A stretch of DNA of 64,000 bases from Eledone cirrhosa (Eukaryota). Within the stretch, counting starts at the first letter, position 1. The number at the start of each line of letters is the position of its first letter. Below, piece by piece: positions 11,608 to 25,482 of the stretch. Location of the stretch: the NCBI GenBank assembly GCA_964016885.1, contig OZ024749.1, positions 41,974,001 to 42,038,000 on the forward strand, read 5' to 3'. The position numbers and the translations under genes are program-made. The notes below the pieces were generated by a model. The model searched no databases, was not told the origin of the DNA, and worked only from the letters and a program-made list of their open reading frames with translations.

Positions 11608-12859
11608 TTAAACTATAAACTCATCAGTCACCCACAACCACCACAAACTATTCACACTTGCACACACATACATACTATTAAATTACAAGCTCATTAGCCC
11701 CACCGTCTGACCCTTTCCTATAGCCCTGAACACTGCTGAAATATACTGCCCTCAATGATAAATGGGAAGTGCCAAGGAGCAGCAGCTATCTGTCTCCAAC
11801 CAGGTCCACTTTGACTACCTCTGTTGTGGCCACCATCAGAATCATCACACAGAAATAGTCCTCAACATTGGAGATAGTACATCATGTACAGACAACACTG
11901 CAACCCTCATTCAATCAACCATTGCATATCAGACTGTGCAGTATTGTTATTAGTTAAGCAGGAAAAGTGAAATGAAATTTATAGGTCACACCTATGCAAG
12001 TCTATCTGGCATCTTCAGATGATACATCTCATAGGAGGTTACTCATGTGTTTTAATGAGAGGGGCTCCTGTTCTATTATGTTGTTACAGTTCACACTTAT
12101 GTAGGCTTAGTTGGCCTTCTACAAGATGCATCTCAGAGGAGTGTTTCTCATGTGTTTTAATCATAGGGGGCCCCCAGTCCTATTGTATTGTTACATCTTG
12201 CACCTATACAAGTTTAGCTGGTATTCCACAAGGCTGCATCTCATGAGCAGTTTCTTGTGTGTTTTAATGATAGGGGTCTCCAGTCCTATTGTGTAAAGTA
12301 ATGTCAAATGAAGTGTCTTGATTAAGAACACAGGAATTGAACCCAAAACCTTATGATCTTGAGTGCAGCACTCTAACCACTAGACTATGAACTTTCATTT
12401 ATATATATGGAAAAATGTTTCATCTGTGGGTTGTACCTAATTATTTGAGCAGGTACTTACCTGCCATAGGTGTGGCAGATGTCTGACTCTAAGGCTACCC
12501 AACAACAACAACAACAATCTATCTCCACCAACATATTTGAGGTTTTTATAAATAATTATTTCTTCTCTAAATTGTGTTCCTGGTTATTAATATGTCATTC
12601 TGTGCTTGAAATTTATTGTTGCATTTTTATTGTGTATGGACAAAGTATGTTGGTTGTATTGTTATAACTCTTAACATCCTGCAATGATTTAACAGAAAAT
12701 ATTAAAAAATATGTTTGTTAATTCAAATGTTTACAGTATCTTTACTAGTCAGTAAATTGTTGTGAAAATTTACAGTATTAAAGTAAAGACTTTAGCATTT
12801 AAATCGGCCATATCTGGCCAGAATTCTCTTTCCTCTTTCTGTTCAAACCAGCTGTTTGA

Positions 12860-13110
12860 ATCAAGTACATTCTGTAAAGTGGTTGGCAATAGGAACTGTC
12901 CCCAACTGATCTGGTTGGGTCCCTAAGGAAGACCAGCTGAGCTTATGGATGTTATTCAACCATCTTGCTCTGGGTTTACCACTGGGTCTCTTGCCAGTTG
13001 GTTTTGCCTGTAAAATCTGTCTGGCAATTCTTTCCTTAGTCATTCTAACCACATGTCTTTAGTATCAGAGCTGTAATCTCTTAATTCAGAGGAGCAGCAG
13101 CTCTACCTGG
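12860..13110 (-). mobile_element. RTE-clade LINE 3' fragment (second family; related to 52810-53450)
   Basis: HVVRMTKERIARQILQAKPTGKRPSGKPRARW C-terminal motif. Confidence 0.7.
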
Positions 13111-13844
13111 ATAACATATTTATTGAAAATATACAAATGAGAAATCTGTTTTGATAACTATTTATGTTTTCAAAATTAGTTTTCATTTTTGGTGGATTGC
13201 CAGTATCAGTAAGAGCGTTGCATAACATGCTTCGCGACATAGAGTTACGGTTCTTTACGTTCTAAGTTGAAACCCCGCAGAGGTTAGCTTTGCCTTTTAT
13301 CTTAATGGGGATGAGAAAATAAAACACCAGTATCACACTGGGGGTTGATTTAATCGACTGTCCCCTCCCCTTCAAATTGCTGGTCTTGTACCTAAAGTAG
13401 AAACAATTATTTTGCATAAGCACCATGAAATTTGATATAAATTCAAACAATTATTCTTTTACCAATGTAACATTACCTGCTGTTACTGACAGAGGCCAAA
13501 ATATACTTCTTAAATGTACCAGTCATATAATAGGTCCTACACTCTAGTATGCAATATACTTTGCCCTTTATTTTTTAATTATGTTTTCATTGAATTATAT
13601 TATACAACATTAACCCTTTTGATACCAAACTACCTGAAACCACCTCAAGTTCTAAAATACAAAGCTGTTTATTTTAAAATGTATGTTTAAAAACCTATCA
13701 TAATTCTATATGAGAAATTTTAAATTATTTTCCAAACACCAACTTAACAATGAGAAAGTTATTTTATTAAATCCTAAATTCTTGATTATTTTCAAAATTG
13801 CTTGAAAATCACAGGCAGTGTCTTTCATTAGAAATATGATAATA

Positions 13845-14019
13845 CAGTGAAATTCCGTTATAAATAAATTCATAGGGTATAAACAAAATTTGTTGTAATG
13901 AAAAATTCTTGTAATGAGATTGACCTAACACATCGAACGTGTGGCCGGGGATTGAAAAAAAATGTTGTTATACTGAAAAATTCGTTATAATGGTATTCGT
14001 TATAACGGAATTTTACCTG
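13845..14019. mobile_element. pogo/Tigger-like MITE
   Basis: TA-cagtgaaattccgttata ... tataacggaattttacctg-TA. Confidence 0.7.
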
Positions 14020-14947
14020 TAAAAGAGTTAAAGAGAATTTTGAGAAATTATTAATAATTTCATTACTAACATTTGGTTTTCATATAAAATCTAAAAAATA
14101 TTTATCTAAAAGCCTTCCATCATAATTTTATGTAAGAATGTTTTTTGTTTTTTTTTCATATATGTTCCAAACACTGGCTTGATAATTAGAAAGTTGTATT
14201 ACTAAATTTTTCCAAATTCTTGATTATTCTCAAAATTATTTGAAAATCATAGGCAGTGTTTTTCATTAGAAATATGGTAAGGGAAGGGTTATATTTCATA
14301 TAGCACTGTTTAACCCTTTTTGATACCAACCTGGACAAATCCATCCCTGGTTCCATGGAAAAGAAAAAGCAATTCATTTTATAGGATTCCTATTTAAATT
14401 ATAATCTTCCAAGATTTTATATAAAAACCAAATGTTAAGCTAATATCTTAGTAATGAAATTATTAATAATTTCTCAAAATTCTTGATCAATTAACTGAAA
14501 TAGAGTGTATTTTATTAGAAATACAGTCATGAAAAGCTTAAGTTTAACTTATCATCACCATCATATTTATACATTGTGATGATGACACTATCTATAAATT
14601 CTTTATCAATTACAGTGCATTTCATTAGAAATCAGTGACAAAAGGGTGAAGTTTAACTTATCATATTTAACACACCCTATATATGCATGTGACAATAATA
14701 TAAATTAATTCTTTAAAAAGAACCACTTCTTGCCTTCACATGAGTGAACTCACCTTAAGTGAATGGATAGACACTCCCTCTGGTGTGATGATGTCAAAGG
14801 GACATAAATACATTAATCATATCCTATTGACATCAATAAATTGAGGAATGTTTGAGACATCAGATTAGTTTTATATTGGTTTCATATGATTTTCATCATC
14901 ATCATCATCACTGTGTGTGTGTATATATATATGTATGTGTAAATATG

Positions 14948-14989
<42 letters not shown>

Positions 14990-14993
14990 CGTA

Positions 14994-15510
14994 TCATCAT
15001 CATCATCATTGTTTAACATCCATCTTCCACGCTTGCATGGGTTTGGACGGGAGTTTTCCCACTTGAGGCAAGATTTGTTGTCCTGCTCGTATAGGACTGT
15101 CTGGTGGGTTTTCTACGGCTGGATGCCCTTCCTAACACCAACCACGTTTACAGTGTGGAACTGGGAGGTTTTTACCGTGTTACCTACACGGCCACATTAC
15201 AGCGTGGACTGTGTGTTTAATTGTCGTGACACCTACACATCTGGCGGGTTTTCTACGGCTGGATGCCCTACCCAAAACCAACCACGTTTACAGTGTGGAC
15301 TGGGAGGTTTTTACCGTGTTACCTACACGGCCACATTACAGCGTGGACTGTGTGTTTTTTGTCGGGACACCTACACAACCTCATTTGTTTCGGGCTGGAT
15401 GTTGTGGTACCAACATAACTTCACATTTAAGGGGGTGGTGTGGATGGGGTGGGGGTAGTGGGACGGGGATGTATTTTGTTAGAGGTGCCTACTGACTGTA
15501 GTAGGTTTCA
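14994..15510 (-). mobile_element. RTE LINE 3' UTR/tail fragment with internal duplication
   Basis: (GAT)n tail, similar to 15582-15980. Further tail copies at about 16887-17180, 32543-33005, 40324-40500, 45578-45742 and 59950-60362. Confidence 0.75.
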
Positions 15511-15581
15511 CTTTCATGTATGTATATATATGTATGTAAATGTATATATGTATATATATATATATGTGTATATATATATAT

Positions 15582-16862
15582 ATCATCATCATCATCATCA
15601 TCATCAACGTTTAACGTCCGTGTTCCACGCTTGCATGGGTTTGGACGGGGGTAGTCCCACTTGAGGCAAGAGTGATTGTCTTGCTCGCATAGGACTGTCT
15701 GGCAGGTTTTCTACAGTTGGATGCCCTTCCTAACACCAACCACATTTACAGTGTGGGTCTGGGAGGTTTTTACCGTGTTGCCTACACGGCCACATTACAG
15801 CGTGGACTGTGTGTTTTTTTGTCGTGACACCTACACGATCTCATTTGTTTCGGCCTCGATGGCGCGGCACCAACATAACTTTACATAGAACGGGGTGGTG
15901 TGGATGGGGTGGGGGTGGTGGTGGTGGGACGGGGTGTATTTTGTTAGAGATGCCTACTGGCTGGAGTAGGTTTTACTATATATTTAGGTAAGGCGGGTCT
16001 TCTCTGTTACTGAGTACCGCCAAAGGTCTCGGTCCAGTGACATTGTCTTGGAGAGGTGTAAGTGTGTGATGTCGGAGTTTATCAGCTCGTCCCAGGTTTT
16101 TCTAGGTCTGCCTATTCCGTGACTACCGTCTATCTTTATTGCCCTGCACTTTGTTATACAGCTATCGACTTTCATGCGCATCACGTGTCCATACCAACGT
16201 AGCCTTCTCTCGAGTAAACAACATCTGATCCCTCTTATCTCTAATTTTTTCCTTAGTTCGTTTATGCTTTGCCGTTCACGTATATTACTGTTACACATCC
16301 AGCGGAGCATGCAAGCTTCGTTCCTCTCTAGTCTGCGTATATCCTCTGCACACAATGCCCAGGTCTCACTGCCATGCAGCATTGCTGTTCGTATGCAGGC
16401 ATCGTACAACCTGCCTTTCATTTTTAGTGAGAACCCTTTAGCAGCTAATAGTGGTATAAGCTCTCTGAACTTTTTCCAACCAGTTCTGACTCTAGCTACA
16501 GTACTTTCAGAGCACCCTCCCCCACTGCTGATTTTATCGCCCAGGTAACGGAAGCTGTCCACTATTTCTATAGAACCCTCTGCGCAATTGAAAGAGCTAG
16601 TATTTTGTGGGCACTTGCTGCTACTTATTGCACCAGAGCACCGGCCACATGTAAAATCTATGTTCTTAGTTAGCTTACCTGTGATCCCACTACATCTTTT
16701 ATGCACCCATACTTTGCATTTAGGACATAAAATGGAGTTTCTACCTACGCCTTTCCTACACACCGAGCACGACCATTTCCCAGAAGGGACCGCCGCCTTG
16801 TTTTCTTTCCTACAAACTAGTACTTTGGTCTTAGCCAGGTTAATTTTAAGTCCTTTTGACTC
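15582..16862 (-). mobile_element. 5'-truncated RTE-clade LINE: RT C-terminal region with Cys-rich PHD-like insert, 3' UTR and (GAT)n tail
   Basis: Open frame ESKGLKINLAKTKV...CSVCRKGVG..ILCPKCKVWVHKRCS...CGRC...FRYLG...AMLHGSETW...RRLRWYGHVMRM...GRPRKTW (ORF 15984-16763 plus upstream codons). Confidence 0.9.
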
Positions 16863-19637
16863 TATATATATATATATATATGTATATCATCATCATCGTT
16901 TAAAGCCCATTTTTGTCATGCTAGCATGGGTTAGATGGGTTGTCCCATTTGATACAAGTTGGGTTCAGTGACCTTGAACTGCTTCTGGCTTGGTTTCTAT
17001 GGCTGGATGCCATTCATAACGCCAACCACATTTACAGTGTGTGCCTGGTGCTTTTTGTCATGACTCCTACACGACCACTTTACATTGAGGGCTTGGTGCT
17101 TTTTATCATGACTCTAACACGACCACTTTACATTGAGGATTAGGCATTTTTTGCCATGTTGCCATCATGACCACTTTATAGCTAAATTTAGCTGGGAAAA
17201 CGGACATGAGATGTGGATATACACACATACATTATATATTTTTTTATTTTTCTATAAATAGTATTAATTTACCACACTTCTTTGTCTTTTATTTAATGTT
17301 AGAAGTGTTATTGTTATTTAGTAATTATTTAAACATCTCGATGTGTGTTAATGTGTAACATTTCCTCCTCCGACAAAACCACTGAATTGAAATAAGAAGT
17401 GGTGTCGTCTTTAACAAGGAGTCATTATAATAACTAGAGTGGAGAAGGAAGTTGTTCTTTGGTTTATAATATAACATTCTTTAGTCACTTATCATATGTT
17501 CCTTAAATATAATAATAATAATGAAATAATGAAAATTATTGTCTACAGCACTCAGGTGCACTACAACTCATCAAAGGTGCATATATAGTTCATAAAATAA
17601 TGTACAAGTATTTTAATGCCATTTTAGCTGCTAAAATAGGGGTTAGCCCTGTGGATCCCATGATAAGTTATATATTGTTGCAAAATGCGGTCTCCAACTA
17701 CAACACGGCTCCAACAGCCCAAAGTCAGCAGCTGGGAAACCGCAAGCCTGCCCAGCTAGCCAACTTGCTTAGAACAGAAGAAATAGATGCACCAGGCTAG
17801 ATGTCTTGTGTAATGTTGTTCTTTGCTGTCCAGGTTCACACCGACTATTCATATCACAAAATTTACATCAACTGTTTTTACCACGCTGTCAACCTCAGAC
17901 AGACTGCTCTTGCTGACATCCTCACACCAACTCTCTGAATTGGTAACTCCACAAGTTTAAATGGTCTACCTCAAGTAAAATGCACAAAAAAACCCCCATG
18001 CATCATGCTTCAAATTAGTCACATGATCTATTGTTTGTTTTTCCTCACTTTCTTTTGTAGATCTGAGGAGCAGTATTTTGAATTTAAGTGATTCCATTTG
18101 CAGCTGATAATTGAATTTACAATCTCTTTCATAACAGTATTGATAATAATGGGATACTTTTTGATCCAAAGGTGGTGGATTAGCAGAATTGGTAAAGTAT
18201 AGGATAAAATGCAATAGCAATCTTTGTTCTGGCTCGTTACATTCTGAGTTCAAATCCTGCTATGGTCAATTTTGCCTTTCATCCTTTCAGGGTAGATAAA
18301 ATAAAATACCAGTCAAGTACTGGAGTTAATTTTACCCTTTAGCATTTAAACTGGCTATATCTGGCCTGAATTCTCTCACCTCTTTTTGTTCAAACCGAGT
18401 ATGAGTGGCTGCAACTGGCCACTCATGCTGATGTTGAGGTATTGTTCTCAAAATAAATAATAAAATCTCATAGATTTGATATTATGTGAGATAATTATGT
18501 AAGGTAAAGCCTTTACCATGAAAATATATAGAGTAATGTAAATTCTAAAGGGTTAATCAACTTTGCTTTTTCCCTAAATTTGCTGGCCTTTTGTCTAAAT
18601 TAGAAATCAGTTTTTGATGTAAAGTTTTATGGTTGGTGCCAAACCTTTTAGCTGCTTCTTATGACACATGGGTTTACAGTGAACCCATTCTAAACGTGAC
18701 ACACAGATTTTGTGTCTTAAATAAAACAAAACTGTTAAATGAATCTCCTCATTCTTAATATTAGTTTTGAAAGCATTCAGAATGACAGGATGTGTTTTGA
18801 GGCTGACCTTTTGAATTCTATGTTCAGTCCATCTGACAGACTTCCAGATAGTTTCTGTCTACCAAAATTCGATCAGAAGGTTTGGGTTGACCCAAAGCTA
18901 TAGTAAAGGACATTTGTCCAAGATGCCATACATCGGGGCCGAACCCATACAAAGCTGATAAAAGGACAGACCAGATGTAAAATATAGACCCAGGCCAGAT
19001 GTGAAATATAAGCTTCCACCAACTGGTAATAGGCTCAGGCCAGATATGATATATAGGCCTCCATCAATTGGTCATAGGCCCTGGTAATAAGCCCAAGCCA
19101 GATGTGAAATATAGGCCTCATTTCAAACTTTTCATTAAGTATTGTAGCAAGCAGCACTAAATACATATGATGTATACACATATTACAGGTATATGTACAT
19201 GTAGTGTATATAATGTAATTTACAGGTAGCAGAGGAGTGTAACAGAACTAAAACTGGGTGAGTAAGCTACCCCCACTTCCTAGAAATCAGGTTCATAACA
19301 TCTGGTTTACCTGTCCCTTCCCCCACATTCCTCTGTTCTGGCCTGATCCCAAGGAGAAACAATACTTCAAGTGTTTCCAAATAAAAATAGTGAATAGAAG
19401 TATGATGGCATCAGGAAGTGTGAACCAGAAAGATCTGAGAATTTGTTAAGTCATAACAATTTCATAGTTGATTTGAATTAATTCTCAGCTGACAATTACT
19501 CACCTAGTTTCTGTTATTATTAGATACAATAAAAAGTTCACTTGATGGAAGACAAGGTGGTTAGTTATTTCTTAACATTCTGTAATGACTTAGCAGAAAA
19601 TAGCTAAATATAGGTTTGTTAATTCAAATGTTTAGAG

Positions 19638-19953
19638 CAGTGGTCACCAACCTTTCAGACCTCATGGACCAACAAATTCATTATTTTAAATGCCGTGGAC
19701 CACTAATATGAATTAATGGTCAATGGTCGAAACAATACTGAAGCGTACGTATGTCATATTGTTGATTGATGATACATGTGTAAAATTCTTTCATGTATGT
19801 TAGTACTTTACTGAGAAGAAACATTTCTTAGTGTGGTTATAAAATATATATTAACCGAGTATTATTTTTGTTTTATTATTAATAAAACGTAAAAATTGCA
19901 AATAATATCCACATTTTTCTGCGGACCACCAGAATTTTTTCTCGGACCACTGG
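19638..19953. mobile_element. hAT-like non-autonomous element
   Basis: 5' cagtggtcaccaaccttt...ggacc and 3' gcggaccacc...cggaccactggtt. Confidence 0.55.
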
Positions 19954-20940
19954 TTTATAATATATTTATTGGAGGGTAGATTGTTGTGAAAATTTGTAGT
20001 ATTATCTCTTAATATCCTGTTATGATTTAGCAGAAAATATCTAAAAACAGGTTTGTTAATTCAAATGTTTATAGTATCTTTACTAGTGGACATATTATTA
20101 ATATAGTAGAGTTATAAAACTGTTTCATATTTTTCAAGAATGTCTTGCTAATGTGGTTTCATATAGTACCGGGCATTAAGAGTTGAGAACACCCTCTTTA
20201 CCTAACTGTAATAAGCTTTGTATCATTTTTATTCAACAGCATATCGTTTTGTTTTACTCATTCAGTTACAATATATAGGTGAGATTAGAGTTCTATTTGA
20301 TGGTCATCTTCTCCATTACCTTTTAGCATTTTACATTATTCTATATTTACTATTGTATTTTCACAGTAAAAGCTTTATCTTACATAATATTGAATCTACG
20401 AGATTTTGATGTTATTTATTTTGAGAACAATACCTTAATGTAGGTATGAATGGCTAGTTACAGCTGGATTGAACAGAAAGAGGTGAGAAAATTCTGGCTG
20501 GATATCAGCCAGTTTAAATGTTAAAGAGTTAATAAATATATAAAGTTTAGAATTATCTGTAGAATATTTATTGAGTTGAGGTGAGCTGTGTTTGGTGATA
20601 TTTGCAATGTTGTTGATATACATGATAAAATAATTGAGATGTGGGTTCAACATGCACACACACACACATATTTGTTTATCCCAATGTTAATGACTATAAT
20701 AATAGTCAATCATTAAATATATGTACACACACACACACATAAATATATATATAACAAGAGGGTGTGGTAAAATATCAGGTGGACCATAATGCATCAGAGT
20801 ACTCGATATTTGTATCTAGCTGTCAAAACGGCCGGAGCTCAACCGTCGGAGTGTTTTTAGTTGTGGTGAGGACGAGGTAGATGGTGGTATTAGTGGTGGC
20901 TGTGGGGGTGGTGATGTAGAAAGTGATGGTCATAATGCCT

Positions 20941-21303
20941 CAACCATCACCACTACCACCACCACAAACACCACAAACACCACCATCACCATCACCACCA
21001 CCACTACCACTACCACCATTGCCACAATCCCAAACACCACCACCACCAACAACAACAACACCACCATCATGACAAACCCCACCATCACCATCATCACTAC
21101 CGCCATCACCAACACCATCACCACTACCACCATTGCCACAATCACAAACACCACCACCACCAACAACAACAACAACAACAACAACAACAACTGCCATCAT
21201 CACAATCACCACCACCACCATCATCACAAACCCCACCATCACCATCATCACTACCGCCATCACCAACACCATCACCACTACCACCATTGCCACAATCACA
21301 AAC

Positions 21304-21335
<32 letters not shown>

Positions 21336-21438
21336 CAACTGCCATCATCACAATCACCACCACCACCATCATCACAAACACCACCGTCACCACCATCACC
21401 AACACCATCACCACTACCACCATTGCCACAATCCCAAA

Positions 21439-21469
<31 letters not shown>

Positions 21470-21546
21470 GCCATCATCACAATCACCACCACCACCACCA
21501 CCATCACCAACACCATCACCACTACCACCATTGCCACAATCCCAAA

Positions 21547-21577
<31 letters not shown>

Positions 21578-21970
21578 GCCATCATCACAATCACCACCAC
21601 CACCACCACCATCACCAACACCATCACCAACACCATCACCACTACCACCATTGCCACAATCACAAACAACAACACCACCAACAACAACAACAACAACGCC
21701 ATCATCACAATCACCACCACCACCACCACCATCACCAACACCATCACCACTACCACCATTGCCACAATCACAAACAACAACACCACCAACAACAACAACA
21801 ACAATGCCATCATCACAATCACCACCACCACCACCACCATCACCAACACCATCACCACTACCACCATTGCCACAATCACAAACAACAACACCACCAACAA
21901 CAACAACAACAACGCCATCATCACAATCACCACCACCACCACCACCATCACCAACACCATCATCACAACC
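20941..21970. repeat. Compound (CAC/CAT/CAA) minisatellite, about 87-99 bp units
   Basis: Recurring cattgccacaatcacaaac motif; source of the P/S/T- and H/Q-rich ORFs. Confidence 0.9.
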
Positions 21971-23147
21971 ATACCATCATATTTCCTTTTTCCCTTTTAT
22001 GGGTTTTATGTTCTTCTCTGTAAAAAGAATTAAGGATTATTTTCAGAGAATTATTGGGTCACCAGAAACCCGTGAGTTTCTGGTGACACCAAAATGGGAG
22101 GCCATTACCAGATAATGAATTTCTGATATGATTCATGTGGAATTTCCATTGGGTTCGGAAGGGATATTTAGTTATTTATTTTTTGATAAATCTTGTTTCT
22201 GTTCCCTAGATTTAACTTGTTTCCCATTCCACAATCTCAATTTATTAATGTGTACGTGTGTGTGTGTGTACGTGCGTGTGTGTGTGTGCATGTGTGTGTG
22301 TGCGTATGTACGTATATGTGTATGTTTGTACGTGTGTGTGTGTATATGAGTGTGTGTATGTGTGTTTGTGGTATGTGTAATGAGTGGGTGGTGTGTATAT
22401 GAGTGTATGTGTGTATATATGAGTGTATGAGTATGAGTGTGTGTATATGAATGTGTATACGAGCATGTGCAGGTGTGTGTGTGTATGTATGAGTATGTGT
22501 GTATGTGGTGTGTATATGAGCATGTGTGTGTGTATGTGTGTATACAACTGTTATATCCCCTCACCCCAACACCCACCCTGTCTCGCCTACCCCCACCGTC
22601 ACCCCCCCCCCCACACCACATACCCCGCATTCACCCCACACACACAGACACACCCCACCTACACCCTGCCTCATCTACACCACCACTAACTCCACCCCCG
22701 CCCCACCTTCGCCCCAACCCCATCTACACCCCTTCCCAACCCCAGCTTCATCCCACCCCACATTCACATGCACCCACCCACCTTCACACCCAACTCCACC
22801 AATCTTCACCCTCCCACCTTCACCCCCACCCCTGTACAATAGCCTCAACAATATATAATGTCTGTAAAAAATTGGAGTATTGAAATTCAAAACTTCCTCC
22901 ATTTCTATAAGAAATCTGAGGGCCAAGGAAGAAGGTTCTAGAACATTTCTGTCTTTATCTACTTCAGAAATGGTGAAAGAGGGTGGTAGTAGGGCTGGAT
23001 AGATTGCCCGATCAAATGTCTGGTTATGTCTCTCTTGTCAATTTGATTAATGATTCGGTAAGTAAAGTAATAGGCCCTTATATTTTAGGAACTTAAGGAA
23101 AAATGATATTATTCACAGGGGAAAGACATTATTATTATTATATGAAT

Positions 23148-23495
23148 GGAGGCACATGGCTTAGTGGTTAGAGCATTGGCCTTGCAATCGAAAGGTTGTG
23201 AGTTCAATTCTCAGACCGGGTAATGTGTTGTTTCCATGAGCAAGACACTTTATTTCACATTGCTCCAGTTTACTCAGCTGTAGAAATGAGATGATAGGGA
23301 CTGGGGTCCATATCATTCCACTGCAAAGTGTTCGTGGAGGTGCCACGGCAAAAGAGCATCCAGCACTCACTGTAAATGAGGTTGGTGTTAGGAACGGCAT
23401 CCAGGTGTAGAAATCAAGCCAGTATCAGTTCCCGTCCCACCCTTGCAAGCAGGGAAAAAGCGGACGTAAAATGAAATGATGATGATGATGATGAT
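23148..23495 (+). mobile_element. tRNA-derived CORE-type SINE with RTE-derived 3' tail
   Basis: A box tggcttagtgg, B box gagttcaattc, CORE-like gagcaagacactt, tail shared with the RTE 3' UTR, ends in (ATG)n. Confidence 0.85.
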
Positions 23496-23703
23496 TATAC
23501 AGATATAAATGGAAGTACAGCATAGTTGAAGCTTGAACCGCAGCTAAGCCATATATATGCACATATATATATATATACATATATACACATATACACACAT
23601 ATATATATATATATATATACATACATACACATATAACCCATACATACATATGTATATATACATTTGTACATATAACCCATACATACATACGTATATATAC
23701 ATT

Positions 23704-23741
<38 letters not shown>

Positions 23742-23998
23742 AATGTGTATGGCTATGTATGTGTATGTGTATGCATATATATATGTATATTTATATTTCT
23801 ATATATATATATGCATGTGTATATATATGTGTGTGCTTGTATATATGTATGTGTATGTATGGATATGTTGATAGTTATGTGTGTATGTATGTGTATGTAT
23901 ATATATATATATACACATATATGTGTATATGTATACACATATGTGTGTGTATGTATGTGTGGTTGTATATATATATATGTGTGTGTGTATGTATATAA

Positions 23999-24549
23999 TT
24001 GTGCGTGCAGGAGAGGCGGTTACGCTGGTATGGACATGTGATGCGTATGAAGGATGACAGCTGCATAAAAAGGTGCAGAGCACTAGAAGTTGATGGAAAC
24101 CGCGGAGTGGGGAGACCCAAGATGACTTGGGATGAGGTGATAAAAGCCGACCTTACCCAACTACACCTCTCAAAGTCAATGACACACGACCGTGACTTCT
24201 GGCGTCACGCAGTAATACAGGGTACCCGACCTCCCATGGGTACATGCTGAAGCATATAAACAATATGCCCCCCCACCGCAAGGTGGTCGTGGAGGTGCCA
24301 CGGCAAAAAAGCACCCAGCCCACACTGTAAAGTGGACGTGTAGGCGCCACGAAAAAGCACCCAGCACTCACTGTAAATGAGGTTGGTGTTAGGAAGGGCA
24401 TCCAGCTGTAGAAATCAAGCCAGATCAGTTCCTGTATGAGCAAGGCATGGTCAGCCGACCAGACACTGCCCACAACAGGACAACCCGTCTAACCCATGCT
24501 AGCGTGGAAGAACGGACGTAAAACGGTGATGATGATGATGATGATGATG
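23999..24549 (+). mobile_element. RTE LINE 3' end
   Basis: QERRLRWYGHVMRMKDDSCIKRC...GRPKMTWDEVI, then 3' UTR and (GAT)n. Confidence 0.85.
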
Positions 24550-24763
24550 TGTGTGTGTGTGTTTGCATGTGTGTTTTTATTTTATTTTATTTTTCCTTTC
24601 CTTCTTCCTTCTCCAGCCTCACTTTCATATAGACTGCATTTTTGTTTTTAGAATCCAATCTCAATAAATACACCAGGATTTTTTCATTCTGATGATTGAA
24701 AGCAAAATTTTTTGCTTTTAAGAAACCACTGGTAAATGGAATAATTGCCTTATGTTTATTACA

Positions 24764-24814
<51 letters not shown>

Positions 24815-24818
<4 letters not shown>

Positions 24819-25155
24819 TCATCATCATCATCATCACCGTTTTACGTCCGTTCTTCCACGCTAGCATGGGTTAGACGGGTTGTCCTGTTGTGGGCAGTGT
24901 CTGGTCGGCTGACCATGCCTTGCTCATACAGGAACTGATCTGGCTTGATTTCTACAGCTGGATGCCCTTCCTAACACCAACCTCATTTACAGTGAGTGCT
25001 GGGTGCTTTTTCGTGGCGCCTACACGTCCACTTTACAGTGTGGGCTGGGTGCTTTTTTGCCGTGGCACCTCCACGACCACCTTGCGGTGGGGGGGGGGGG
25101 GGGGGGCATATTGTTTATATGCTTCAGCATGTACCCATGGGAGGTCGGGTACCCT
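24815..25155 (-). mobile_element. Inverted near-identical copy of 24219-24549 (RTE 3' UTR)
   Basis: Reverse complement match apart from poly-G and tail length. Confidence 0.9.
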
Positions 25156-25482
25156 ATATATATATATATACATTTGTGTATATATATATATATATATATG
25201 TACATGTGCATACTTACATTTATATATATGTATATATATATATATATGTACATGTGCATACTTACATTTATATATATGTATATATATATATATATATGTA
25301 AATAGAGTCTGCGCTGCTGAGACTGAGGAGACCACTAATCGTGTGACTACTTGATACTTGGGGAGATGTTGAGTGGGTATGGTATGGTCGTGGGGTAGTC
25401 GTATAGAGATGTGTAAAATCCCGAATGCAGCGCCAACCAGTTTTGGTTTGTGTGTTGTACAACATCAGAGGTGTGAAGAGGA

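Noticed and set aside
12454-12463. U1 snRNA 5' end (tacttacctg)
   Set aside because: The downstream sequence does not resemble U1; it is only a minus-strand donor-like motif
14780-14865. C/D snoRNA, SECIS or pre-miRNA (GTGATGA plus hairpin tgatgtcaa/ttgacatca)
   Set aside because: There is no canonical CTGA D box, no SECIS GA quartet and no recognisable guide or miRNA
20930-22115. Mucin/extensin-like or His-rich ORFs
   Set aside because: These are translations of CAC/CAT/CAA repeats open in several frames on both strands, and unit lengths shift frame
22968-23057. Selenoprotein or edited-stop readthrough (single in-frame TGA at codon 3 of a candidate exon)
   Set aside because: No recognisable selenoprotein motif or SECIS was found, and one stop in 30 codons is expected by chance
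23148-23225. tRNA genes (also at 8266, 9788, 31707, 39745, 44513)
   Set aside because: The A/B boxes run into SINE bodies and tails, and no complete cloverleaf was seen
24688-24722. Hammerhead-like CTGATGA-tt-GAAA
   Set aside because: There is no stem II and no stem I pairing
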